Below, one piece after another: positions 1-9,019 of a DNA stretch of 11,324 nt. The notes beneath the pieces are model-generated. The model was not told the origin of the DNA. It worked only from the letters and a program-made list of their open reading frames with translations, and searched no databases. The position numbers and the translations under genes are program-made. Position 1 is the stretch's first letter; each line of letters opens with the position of its first letter. The stretch is from a bacterium (GTDB lineage: Bacteria; Babelota; Babeliae; Babelales; JAUWHS01): the NCBI GenBank assembly GCA_043818275.1, contig JBDRFY010000002.1:1-11324 (forward strand), in the 5' to 3' direction.

Positions 1-14
1 ATTAAAAATGAATC

Positions 15-272
15 TTTGACTTTGTTTATCAACTTGATGATGAATTTGACAAGCCCATAAAATGGGCGGCTTTTATTAGCCCAGGGTAAGAAAATTTCAT
101 TTTCGCAACCCTGGGGAAAAGTTAGAACCCCAACCTAGCCCCATTGGGGCTAGGTTGGAATTGTAATTCTATACCCAGAGCTGCAATGCTTCGCATTTTG
201 CACTGGGCTAGTAACTTCCGATCCTTTCAGGATCTTGTCAAATTCATTAATAAGCTATTAAACAAAGACAAA
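15..272. repeat. Nested palindromic REP-doublet (REPIN/MITE-like) element
   Basis: Outer inverted repeat 15-53/234-272 has 32/39 Watson-Crick pairs, with a perfect 14-bp core ATGAATTTGACAAG at 40-53/234-247. It encloses hairpins at 53-67 and 220-234, inverted TAGCCCAG-led hairpins at 77-115 and 174-210, and a central 13-bp-stem hairpin at 130-158. All are symmetric about ~144. Confidence 0.85.
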
Positions 273-351
273 AATAAGTTTTTCAATTTCCTGATTCAAC
301 TATGGATAAAGTAAAATAGAAAAATGAAAATTTTTATGTATGGAGATATGG

Positions 352-1620
352 ATGGATAAAAAGAATTTTTGCATATTGTTTTTTCTTTGTTTTTTTAATT
401 TTCTTAATTGCGAAATCAATGTTATTCCGGTTTCACAATCTGAGGATGCAATAACGTTGTGTATCGATTTTCCAAAGAAGAAAAGAATCCTAGAGAACAA
501 AAATTTGTCATATTGGTGTTCATCAAGTTCATGTAAAGATATTTGTTTTTATAATACTTTAGATGGAAAAAAAAAGATGATTTTTGTTGGAGGAGAGAGA
601 CCTATTTATGCTTTAAGCATTAATAATTTGGAGGATTGTATTGCTTTTGGTTGCAGTAAAAAGGTAGATGATAAAATTATTGATTTTGTTATTGTTTCTG
701 ATTTACAGGAATTTTTTCACAAAGAATTTTCTTCTTTTGTATCCCTGCAAAGTCATAAAGATCTTGTAAAATGTTTGTCCTGGCCGCCTGCAAATTCTTC
801 TTTTTTAGCATCAGGTTCCCTGGATGGCGAGGTAAAAATTTGGGATTCCTTATTGGAAAAAAGTGTAATTAAGTCATTAAAATTAGATGAGGTTACAAAT
901 AAAATAATACCAGTTTTTTGTTTAGAATGGGGCAATTTATATAATCATGATGATAATTTAGATAAATCAAAAGAGGTTTTTTTAAAGTTAGCAGCTGGAT
1001 TTTCTAATGGTTCTATAAAAGTTTGGGAGTTAAAATTTATTTGTGGTTCTAATTACAAGGTAGAAATTGTTAAAGAAACAATTTTGAAAGCAAATAATGG
1101 CTATGTTGGTTGTCTTAATTGGTCTAATGATGATAAGTTTCTTGTTGCGGGTTATCAGGATGGCAGGGTTAGAATTTGGGATCCTGAAGCTAAATATCGA
1201 AAATGTGTTTATAATTCAAAAGGTCATAGTTGGGGGGTTAGCGGCATAAAATTTTATAAGGATAATTTCCATTTTATATCAACAGGCATGGATGGGGCAA
1301 TTAGATTTTGGGATATAAAAAATAGAAAAAATGAATTATTGGAACATTTACGTTTTGATAATGGTGTTTCAATGCAAATTTATTGCTTGGATATTTATCC
1401 ATCAAATCTTTTTTTAGTTGTTGGATTAATTGGTTGTGCGCTTGTTCTAGATATTTCATATTTATTGTTGCATTACACCTTTGAACAATCTGATTGTGAT
1501 AGCGTGTCTACAGAAAGTGAAACAGATGTTGAAACGGATTCGGATAGGGCTACAAATGTAAAGCTTTGTGATGGAGCAAAAGATATCAATAAAACCCAAA
1601 GGAGCTGTCAATTCGTATAA
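352..1620 (+). CDS. Secreted WD40-repeat beta-propeller protein (~422 aa), eukaryote-like
   Basis: WD repeats: HKDLVKCLSW..LASGSLDGEVKIWD, LAAGFSNGSIKVWE, GYVGCLNWSNDDKFLVAGYQDGRVRIWD, GHSWGVSGIKF..ISTGMDGAIRFWD. Signal-peptide-like N-terminus MDKKNFCILFFLCFFNFLNC. ATG 352 is preferred over 340 because GGAG (342-345) lies 6 nt upstream. Confidence 0.9.
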   Translation: MDKKNFCILFFLCFFNFLNCEINVIPVSQSEDAITLCIDFPKKKRILENKNLSYWCSSSSCKDICFYNTLDGKKKMIFVGGERPIYALSINNLEDCIAFGCSKKVDDKIIDFVIVSDLQEFFHKEFSSFVSLQSHKDLVKCLSWPPANSSFLASGSLDGEVKIWDSLLEKSVIKSLKLDEVTNKIIPVFCLEWGNLYNHDDNLDKSKEVFLKLAAGFSNGSIKVWELKFICGSNYKVEIVKETILKANNGYVGCLNWSNDDKFLVAGYQDGRVRIWDPEAKYRKCVYNSKGHSWGVSGIKFYKDNFHFISTGMDGAIRFWDIKNRKNELLEHLRFDNGVSMQIYCLDIYPSNLFLVVGLIGCALVLDISYLLLHYTFEQSDCDSVSTESETDVETDSDRATNVKLCDGAKDINKTQRSCQFV

Positions 1621-1716
1621 AGTCTAATTGTTTTTCTTCTCAATAATTTCAAAGTTGATAATCTTGTTCTTTAGATTGTATGAATGTTTTGATTTGTAAA
1701 AAAAGGGAGTGGAAGG

Positions 1717-3840
1717 ATGAGAAAAAATATAAAATTTTTCTATTTATTTTTATTCATTATTTTTCAAAATAATAATGTTCAAGCTTGGTTATTTGGCACG
1801 GAAATCTTATCTTATCGAAATTTAACCGGTCACATGGCAGATACGTTAACAGACTTAAGGTATGGTTTTTCAATTAGTGATGGAGTGGCAAAAACGCGTA
1901 CAAAGTTACCAGTTGGAAAGATGATAACTTTTGGCAAGCAAAATGCTGTTTTGGAGTTAATTTCAGATTTAAATTTAGACACATCAGTAACTTTATCCTT
2001 TTGGGTTGACGCGGTGGAAGGAAACAAAGGATATATTTCCGGAAATGGAAATACTCTTTTTTTAAATGGTGATTTATTGATACCAGATAATTGTTCATTA
2101 GAAATTTTGTCAGATATTCAAATAGATGGAAATGATAAGAAACTTATTTTTGGGGATAATTCAGGTTTTATTGTTGATAGCAATGTTACTTTAACATTGA
2201 AAAATATTAAAATGTTTACAGGTGAAAATGATGGTAATCCTTCTCCGATAAGAGTTTGTACTGATGGAAATTTGGCTTTGCAGGGTGTAACATTAACTTT
2301 GGGGGATAATTTTTTATTCGATGATGGATATTTATTTATTCATGATGATGTTTTAGTAAGAGGTCTTTTTGAGTTTATATACAGCTCAACTCAGGGTTGC
2401 AAAATTGATAGTTATTCTACATTAAAATTTGATTTGGAGACTTTATTTACATACAGTCCTTATTCAGATGATAATAATTTGATAAAAATGGAAGATCGCA
2501 CATCAACGTTATTTTTGAATGGGGCTTCTTTGCAAATGACATCAACTGGTTTAAGACTAACCAAAGGTAATTTAATTTTTGATAAAAATGTAACGGTAAG
2601 TTTTTTACCTATAGATGTAGATGTTTTTTCTGTCACATCGTTTGATGAAAAAATTAATTTATCAGCAATAAAAAAATCTCTTTCATATCCTGTCGGGACA
2701 GATAACGCTTATGGCATTAAATTTTCCAATGATGCGAAATTTGTTGCTTATGGCGGACAAATTACAAATATTTTGGGTTACGGGAAAGTTGCAAGAATTA
2801 ATTTTGATGGTAGTACAGATGATGTTACAACAAATTTTACATATACAGGGCGAATTTTTGGCCTTAATTTTTCATCTGAAGGTAATTATCTTGGAGTTGG
2901 AGGAGATAGTTATATAAATTATGGATTTGCAAAATTATATCCATTTTTATCTAACGGTGCTTTGAATAATCCAACAACTATTCCAACTCAGGGTAAAACG
3001 GAATGGGTGACTTTTTCGAATGATGGAAAATATATAGGAGTTGGATGCGATGACATCTCTCCTGATCCAAGTTGTTTTATTTATCCGATTAATCCAGATT
3101 ATACTTTAGGTACTTCTATAGAAATTCCTTATTACGATCAGGTGTTTGTTGTTGATTTTTCTCCAGATTCAGGTTTTATTGCCGTTGCAGGTATGTGGAA
3201 TGATGGAAGCGGAAATTATAGTCAAATTTATCCAATTTGGCCTGATGGGACTATTGGGTCAGCTAATCCTGTTCCATATGGAAATAACGCCAGAACGTTA
3301 CAATTTTCTCCGGATGGCAGATATTTGGTTGTTGGTGGAACAGCGGCCAATAAATTAATTGTATGCTCTATTGATTCTAATGGTTGTGTGGAAAGTTTTT
3401 CAACTATAGCATATCCAAACGAAGTTTATTCAGTATCTTTTTCTCCTGATGGCACAGAGTTATATGTTGGAGGAGCTGCTGGTCTTTATATTTATCCTTT
3501 TGATTTAAGGTTTGGATTTGTTGGGACGCCCAATAAACGCTATTCATATTCTGGCGCGGTAGAAGATATCGATTTTTCACCTGATCAAAGTAAAATTGCT
3601 GTTGGTGGTTGGTGGGCTAATAATTATGCTGTTTTATATAACTATTTTCAGGATTATGGAGGAAACACGCAAACTAATTATTCTTTTGGAAATGTAAATA
3701 ATCCTTATAGTTCTTATTGTAATGGATTGTTAATATTCGGAGATGAATTAAATGGAGCCGGATATAATTTATATGTTGATTTCTTGCCAGGAACAAGAGT
3801 TAGTTTGTATGGAAAAATAGACGTTCAAAATGTATCATAA
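1717..3840 (+). CDS. Secreted 707-aa protein: N-terminal beta-helix-like region plus 7-bladed beta-propeller
   Basis: Signal peptide MRKNIKFFYLFLFIIFQNNNVQA and a purine-rich RBS (GGGAGTGGAAGG). Seven FS(P/N/S)(D/E)xxxxxxxG-type repeats start at aa 336, 385, 433, 481, 530, 575 and 620 (45-49 aa period). The N-terminal half is rich in G/N/D/L beta-strand motifs (GNGNTLFL, IDGNDKKLIF, VTLTLKNI). Confidence 0.85.
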   Translation: MRKNIKFFYLFLFIIFQNNNVQAWLFGTEILSYRNLTGHMADTLTDLRYGFSISDGVAKTRTKLPVGKMITFGKQNAVLELISDLNLDTSVTLSFWVDAVEGNKGYISGNGNTLFLNGDLLIPDNCSLEILSDIQIDGNDKKLIFGDNSGFIVDSNVTLTLKNIKMFTGENDGNPSPIRVCTDGNLALQGVTLTLGDNFLFDDGYLFIHDDVLVRGLFEFIYSSTQGCKIDSYSTLKFDLETLFTYSPYSDDNNLIKMEDRTSTLFLNGASLQMTSTGLRLTKGNLIFDKNVTVSFLPIDVDVFSVTSFDEKINLSAIKKSLSYPVGTDNAYGIKFSNDAKFVAYGGQITNILGYGKVARINFDGSTDDVTTNFTYTGRIFGLNFSSEGNYLGVGGDSYINYGFAKLYPFLSNGALNNPTTIPTQGKTEWVTFSNDGKYIGVGCDDISPDPSCFIYPINPDYTLGTSIEIPYYDQVFVVDFSPDSGFIAVAGMWNDGSGNYSQIYPIWPDGTIGSANPVPYGNNARTLQFSPDGRYLVVGGTAANKLIVCSIDSNGCVESFSTIAYPNEVYSVSFSPDGTELYVGGAAGLYIYPFDLRFGFVGTPNKRYSYSGAVEDIDFSPDQSKIAVGGWWANNYAVLYNYFQDYGGNTQTNYSFGNVNNPYSSYCNGLLIFGDELNGAGYNLYVDFLPGTRVSLYGKIDVQNVS

Positions 3841-3869
3841 ATTTTTTTTAATTTTTTAATTGTTTTGTT

Positions 3870-3901
3870 ACCCAGGAGATGTAAATTTCCTGGGTGTTTT
3901 T
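3870..3901 (+). terminator. Rho-independent terminator
   Basis: ACCCAGGAGAT-GTAA-ATTTCCTGGGT forms an 11-bp stem (one G-U) with a GNRA loop, followed by GTTTTT. It lies 30 nt after the stop at 3840. Confidence 0.75.
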
Positions 3902-3951
3902 ATTGTTTGGTTTTTAAGTTAGCTTGTTTTCCTTTCCAATAATGTCAAACC

Positions 3952-3960
3952 TGATACACT
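3952..3960 (+). promoter_or_regulatory. Putative extended -10 promoter for argS
   Basis: TG-A-TACACT between the terminator and the argS RBS. No strong -35 is visible. Confidence 0.3.
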
Positions 3961-4016
3961 TATTATTCTGATTGGCTGAATGTTTTAGGTCTATTTCTAC
4001 GTTTTTGGAGATTTGG

Positions 4017-5699
4017 ATGAATATTATTTCCAACCTGAAAGAGAATATTTTAAATACAATTTCTCAGCATTTTAACTTGGAAGCAGAACAACGTAGAAGT
4101 ATTATTGTGGCTTTAAATACAGACAAAGAAGATAACTTTGGTGATTTGAGTTGTAATGCAGCCATGATTCTGGCTAAAATCGCAAAAAAATCGACACAAA
4201 AAATTGCTGAAGAAATAAAAAATCTTTTAAATGAAAAATTCCCAGATACGATTGAAAAAATTGAAATTGCAGGCCCCGGTTTTTTGAATATCTTTTTGAC
4301 CAAAAAAGCCTGGCTTGAAATTATCGGACAGCTTTTTGCATTGCAAAATAGTTTTTATTTAATTAAATCTGCTCAAACAAAAAAATATTTGGTCGAATTT
4401 GTAAGTGCTAATCCTACGGGTCCGTTGCATTTAGGGCATGGGCGGGGTGGAATTATTGGAGATGTTCTGGGCAATGTTTTAAAGTTCCTGGGTAACACCG
4501 TTGAAAAAGAATTTTATATAAATGATGCAGGCACACAAATTCAAAAATTGGGCGAATCTTTTAAAGTTAGATGTCAACAAGAATTAGGAATTAAAGTTGA
4601 GCTTCCCGAAAAAGGTTATGCCGGACTTTATTTGGTTGATCTTGCAAAAGAATGCGTAGAAGAATTTGATGAGGATGTTTTATTAAAGCAGGATAAGTTT
4701 TTTGTTAATTATGCAAAAGCTCATATGCTTGAAAAAATAAAGGTTGATTTGAAAGCTTATGGAATAAAATTTGATAATTGGTTTTCTGAAAAAAGTTTGC
4801 ATGAAGATGGTTCAATTAAAAAAGTTTTGGATGAATTATTGGATAAAAATTTAGCTTATGAAAAAGATGGAGCTTTGTGGTTCAGGTCTACTGACTTTGG
4901 TGATGAAAAGGATCGTGTGTTACGGAAAAAAGATGGAGAACTGACATATATTTCGGCAGACATTGCTTATCATAAAAATAAATTTGAAAGAGGATTTGAT
5001 ATTTTATTTGATGTTTTAGGACAGGATCATCATGGGTATGTCACACGATTAAAGGGGACCATGCAGGCCTTGGGGTATAACGCAGATGATTTAAATGTAA
5101 TTTTATATCAGCTTGTTACCTTAAAACAAGGTGAGGAAGCCTTAAGAATGTCAAAACGCGCAGGTACGTTTGTGACGTTGCGGGATATTATTGACGAGGT
5201 TGGAACTGATGTTGCCCGTTTTTTTTATTTGAACAGAAAATCAGAAGCTCACTTGGATTTTGATCTTGATGTTGCGTTGAAAAAAACAGAAGAAAATCCT
5301 GTTTATTATATTCAATATGCATATGTAAGAACCGGTAGTTTGCTTGAAAAGGCTAAAGTTAATTCTGATTTAAAAATGTTTATTGAAAATTTTAATACTG
5401 AGCAACTTTGTGATGCTATCTCTAAATTTATAAATAAAGATGAAATAGAAGTAATGAAAAAAATTATTTCATTGCAGGAAATTTTGTATACAATTACGAA
5501 TAGCCATAATACACATTTGCTAGCTTATTATTCATTGGAGCTTGCTCACAGATTGCATAATTATTATGCGCATAACAGAATTATAGATTTGGATAATATT
5601 GAGCAAAGCAAGGTGCGTTTATTTTTAATAATGTTGATGAGAAACAGTTTAGAATTGTGTTTGAATTTATTGGGTCTGAGTAAACCAAAAAAAATGTAG
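4017..5699 (+). CDS. argS: Arginine--tRNA ligase (560 aa)
   Basis: Motifs: FGDLSCNAAM, IAGPGFLNI, VEFVSANPTGPLHLGHGR (HIGH), YINDAG, GQDHHGY, RMSKRAG (KMSKS-like), NPVYYIQYA, C-terminal LGLSKPKKM. ATG 4017 has GGAG at 4007-4010 and is preferred over TTG 3972. Confidence 0.97.
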   Translation: MNIISNLKENILNTISQHFNLEAEQRRSIIVALNTDKEDNFGDLSCNAAMILAKIAKKSTQKIAEEIKNLLNEKFPDTIEKIEIAGPGFLNIFLTKKAWLEIIGQLFALQNSFYLIKSAQTKKYLVEFVSANPTGPLHLGHGRGGIIGDVLGNVLKFLGNTVEKEFYINDAGTQIQKLGESFKVRCQQELGIKVELPEKGYAGLYLVDLAKECVEEFDEDVLLKQDKFFVNYAKAHMLEKIKVDLKAYGIKFDNWFSEKSLHEDGSIKKVLDELLDKNLAYEKDGALWFRSTDFGDEKDRVLRKKDGELTYISADIAYHKNKFERGFDILFDVLGQDHHGYVTRLKGTMQALGYNADDLNVILYQLVTLKQGEEALRMSKRAGTFVTLRDIIDEVGTDVARFFYLNRKSEAHLDFDLDVALKKTEENPVYYIQYAYVRTGSLLEKAKVNSDLKMFIENFNTEQLCDAISKFINKDEIEVMKKIISLQEILYTITNSHNTHLLAYYSLELAHRLHNYYAHNRIIDLDNIEQSKVRLFLIMLMRNSLELCLNLLGLSKPKKM

Positions 5700-5724
5700 C
5701 CCTTCGACTACGCTCAGGATGACA
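5700..5724 (-). repeat. Single TGTC-tagged REP-like element
   Basis: The minus strand reads TGTCATCCTGAGCGTAGTCGAAGGG, a GC-rich imperfect palindrome matching the widespread GTCATCCTGAGC..GTCGAAGG repeat type as recalled. It directly abuts the argS stop. Confidence 0.7.
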
Positions 5725-5802
5725 AAATAGGTGGAAATTATTTGATTTTTATTAGTAACAACCGGATTAAGGATATTTAATTTATAAAGTTGAAAAAAAT
5801 TA

Positions 5803-7623
5803 ATGGACATTAAAAAAATAGATTTAAAAAATTTTCCTAAAAACAGAATCAGAAATTTTTCCATAATTGCGCATATCGATCATGGAAAATCAACTCTTGC
5901 AGACAGATTACTAGAAATTACCGGAACGATTTCAGGTCGGTCTAAAAAAGAACAGTTTTTGGATAAACTTCAGGTTGAACGTGAACGTGGAATTACTGTA
6001 AAAGCTCAAACAGTATCTCTTTTTTATGAATATAAAGGTGAATTATATTTACTTAATTTAATTGATACTCCAGGGCATGTTGATTTTAGTTATGAAGTCT
6101 CCCGATCTTTGTATGCCTGCCAGGGCGTGATTTTGTTAGTTGATGCTGCTCAGGGTGTTCAGGCTCAAACAATGGCAAATTTTTATCTGGCGTTTGATCA
6201 GGATTTAAAAATCATTCCGGTGTTGAATAAAATTGACATGATAAATGCTGATCCGGAAAGAGTTTGCAAAGAGCTGTCGCATGCTTTTGATATTGATAAA
6301 AGTGAAGTTCTTTCGGTTTCAGCCAAGACAGGAAAAAATATTGATAATTTATTGTCTGCAATAATTGAAAGAATTGGATCCCCAAAAGGAAATGAGGATA
6401 AACCATTAAAGGCTTTACTTTTTGATTCCTGGTATGATGATTATCGCGGGGTTATTTGTTTGATTGAGATTGTAGATGGAGATTTGAAAAAAGGAGATGT
6501 TATTGAATCAGGTTATAGTGGCAAGAATTATGAAATTCTGGATATAGGAATTATGTATCCTGAACCAACTCCTACCGGGTCTTTGTATACAGGTCAGGTT
6601 GGTTTTGTTATCACCGGAATGAAAACGGTAAAAGAGGCCAGAATTGGTGATACATTTTTTCATAAATCAAAAAAAGTTGAACTTTTGCCAGGTTTTAAAC
6701 CGGCTAAATCTGTTGTTTTTGCCGGAATTTATCCGGTGGACACTGCTGATTATGAAGATTTAAGGGACGCTATTGAAAAACTTACATTAAATGATGCAAG
6801 TGTTCATGTTGAAAAAGAAAGTTCTACTGCTTTGGGTTTGGGTTTTAGATGTGGATTTTTGGGCTTACTTCATATGGATGTTTTCAGACAAAGACTTGAA
6901 CAAGAATATGGGTTATCAATAATAGCAACATCGCCAACAGTGTTGTACAAAGTTATTATGTCTGGTGATAAAAAAATGGACGTTGAAAATCCTTCATTAT
7001 TTCCTGAAGGAGTTAAAATAGAAGAAGTTTTAGAACCTTATATTAATGCAACAATAATTGTCCCTAAAGAGTATTTAGGCGGAATTTTAAAATTGTGTCA
7101 GGACAAGCGGGGGGAACAAAAAGATTTAAGTTATCTTGATGAAGACAGAATTATTTTGAAATATTCTTTACCGTTAACCGAAGTAGTAATTGATTTTTAT
7201 GATAAATTAAAATCTTTAAGCGCAGGATACGCGAGTTTTGATTATGAAGTATCAGATTACAAAGCTTCGGATTTGGTTAAAATGAATATTTTGCTTAACG
7301 GAAATCCTGTTGACGCTTTAGCTGTTGTTGTTCACAGAGATAATGCTTTTTTTATAGGCAAACAAATAGTGGATAAACTTAAGGCTGTTATACATAAGCA
7401 AATGTTTGAAATAGCCATTCAGGCCGCGATCGGTTCAAAAATTATAGCCCGACAAACAATTGGCGCGTTGCGTAAGAATGTTACTGCAAAATGTTATGGC
7501 GGCGATATCACAAGAAAAAGAAAACTGCTTGAAAAACAAAAGGCGGGAAAGAAAAAAATGAAACAAGTTGGAAAGGTTGAACTGCCGCAAGAAGCATTTT
7601 TAACGGTTTTAAAAACTGATTAA
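5803..7623 (+). CDS. lepA: Elongation factor 4 (LepA/GUF1)
   Basis: G-motifs [22 protein letters not shown] and SAK. LepA-specific [12 protein letters not shown] and [33 protein letters not shown]. Confidence 0.98.
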   Translation: MDIKKIDLKNFPKNRIRNFSIIAHIDHGKSTLADRLLEITGTISGRSKKEQFLDKLQVERERGITVKAQTVSLFYEYKGELYLLNLIDTPGHVDFSYEVSRSLYACQGVILLVDAAQGVQAQTMANFYLAFDQDLKIIPVLNKIDMINADPERVCKELSHAFDIDKSEVLSVSAKTGKNIDNLLSAIIERIGSPKGNEDKPLKALLFDSWYDDYRGVICLIEIVDGDLKKGDVIESGYSGKNYEILDIGIMYPEPTPTGSLYTGQVGFVITGMKTVKEARIGDTFFHKSKKVELLPGFKPAKSVVFAGIYPVDTADYEDLRDAIEKLTLNDASVHVEKESSTALGLGFRCGFLGLLHMDVFRQRLEQEYGLSIIATSPTVLYKVIMSGDKKMDVENPSLFPEGVKIEEVLEPYINATIIVPKEYLGGILKLCQDKRGEQKDLSYLDEDRIILKYSLPLTEVVIDFYDKLKSLSAGYASFDYEVSDYKASDLVKMNILLNGNPVDALAVVVHRDNAFFIGKQIVDKLKAVIHKQMFEIAIQAAIGSKIIARQTIGALRKNVTAKCYGGDITRKRKLLEKQKAGKKKMKQVGKVELPQEAFLTVLKTD

Positions 7624-7634
7624 AAAGGGTTCCT

Positions 7635-8111
7635 ATGAAAAGAAAAAAGGGTTACTATTCAATTTCTGTTGTTGCTAAAATGTTTTCTGTTCATCAACAG
7701 ACTGTTCGAATGTATGAAAAGGAGGGGCTGATTTGCCCAAAAAGATCTTCCGGGAATACACGACTTTTTTCAGAAGAAGATGTGGACCGGTTGGAAGAAG
7801 TTATTCACTTGACGCATAAAATGGGAATTAATCTGGCTGGCGTGGAAATGATTTTAAAACTGCAAAGCAAAATTAAACGCATGCAAAGTGAAATGAATAA
7901 AGCTTTTGAGCAAATGCATGGTCAATTGGATAAAGAATCAGAAGAACATAAGGACGCGTTAAAAAAAGGCGCGGAAAAATTATTGGAAATAAAAAAAACA
8001 AGTGGATGCAAAAGCGCTTTTGATATAGAGATTGAAGATGAAGAGGATAATCAATCATCAAATGATGAAAAACATGATGACTGGAAAATTGAATATGATG
8101 AAGAAGAATAA
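7635..8111 (+). CDS. hspR: MerR-family regulator, HspR-like
   Basis: YSISVVAKMFSVHQQTVRMYEKEGLICPKRSSGNTRLFSEED...GINLAGVEMIL fits the HspR subfamily pattern. It is followed by a coiled-coil-like segment and an acidic tail. Confidence 0.8.
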   Translation: MKRKKGYYSISVVAKMFSVHQQTVRMYEKEGLICPKRSSGNTRLFSEEDVDRLEEVIHLTHKMGINLAGVEMILKLQSKIKRMQSEMNKAFEQMHGQLDKESEEHKDALKKGAEKLLEIKKTSGCKSAFDIEIEDEEDNQSSNDEKHDDWKIEYDEEE

Positions 8112-8128
8112 ATTTTTAGGAGTTTGAT

Positions 8129-8986
8129 ATGTTTAAAAATCAATTGAAGACCGCAATTTTATTGGCAACGTTAAGCGGTTTATTGTTTCTTTTGGGTTAT
8201 TGGCTTGGCGGAACGAATGGATTGCTTTTTGCCTTTATTTTTTCTTTATTAATTAATTTTGTCACTTATTTTTATTCAGACAAAATTGTTCTCAAGATGT
8301 ATGGCGCAAAACCTTTGGATAAAAATCAGTTTAATTATATTTATGAAATGGTTGATGAACTTGCGCATAACGCAAATATTCCAATGCCAAAATTATGGTA
8401 TATATCAACAAATATGGCTAATGCTTTTGCAACCGGCAGAAATCCTGAGCATGCCTCAGTTGCTGTTACACAAGGAATTCTGGATGTTTTGGATAAACAT
8501 GAATTGCGTGGTGTTTTGGCTCACGAATTATCGCATGTTAAAAATAGGGATATTTTAATCGCGACAGTTGCCGCGACAATTGCAACGACCATTGCTTATT
8601 TAGCAGATATAATGCGTTGGACATTTATTTTTGGTGGTGGAAATAATAAAGATCGCGGTCGTGGGATTGGATTATTATCTGTTTCTATTTTAATGCCAAT
8701 TGCCGCGATGCTAATTCAACTTGCGATTTCCCGTTCACGTGAATATCTGGCTGATGAAACTGGCGCAAAAATTTCCCATGATCCTTTGGCTTTAGCGGCC
8801 GCTTTGGAAAAATTACATTATGATGCAAAAAATAAAAATTTAAAACCGGCATCAAACGCGCAAACAAGTACAGCAAGTTTATTTATAGTTTATCCATTTT
8901 CCGGAAATGGTTTTGTTAATCTTTTTTCTACTCATCCTCCGATGGAAAAAAGAATTGAAAGATTAAGAAAGATGGCTCAGTATTAA
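8129..8986 (+). CDS. htpX: Membrane zinc metalloprotease HtpX (M48)
   Basis: Motifs NAFATGRNP, HELSH (HEXXH), SRSREYLAD and LFSTHPP..RIERL. N-terminal and central TM segments. RBS AGGAG. Confidence 0.95.
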   Translation: MFKNQLKTAILLATLSGLLFLLGYWLGGTNGLLFAFIFSLLINFVTYFYSDKIVLKMYGAKPLDKNQFNYIYEMVDELAHNANIPMPKLWYISTNMANAFATGRNPEHASVAVTQGILDVLDKHELRGVLAHELSHVKNRDILIATVAATIATTIAYLADIMRWTFIFGGGNNKDRGRGIGLLSVSILMPIAAMLIQLAISRSREYLADETGAKISHDPLALAAALEKLHYDAKNKNLKPASNAQTSTASLFIVYPFSGNGFVNLFSTHPPMEKRIERLRKMAQY

Positions 8987-9019
8987 TTTTAAATGTTATG
9001 GTTTTGAAGTTTATGAATA

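Noticed and set aside
53..234. tRNA or known riboswitch
   Set aside because: No T-loop, D-loop, anticodon or CCA pattern, and no recognisable aptamer. Mirror symmetry fits a DNA repeat element better.
352..411. Lipoprotein signal (FLNC) in the WD40 protein
   Set aside because: It does not fit the canonical [LVI][ASTVI][GAS]C lipobox, so an ordinary signal peptide is more likely.
3900..4016. T-box leader for argS
   Set aside because: The region is too short and has no T-box motif or antiterminator. The hairpin at 3870 is better explained as the upstream gene's terminator.
5667..5864. 65-aa minus-strand ORF
   Set aside because: It overlaps argS and lepA antisense, and its VILSVVEG segment is just the translated REP.
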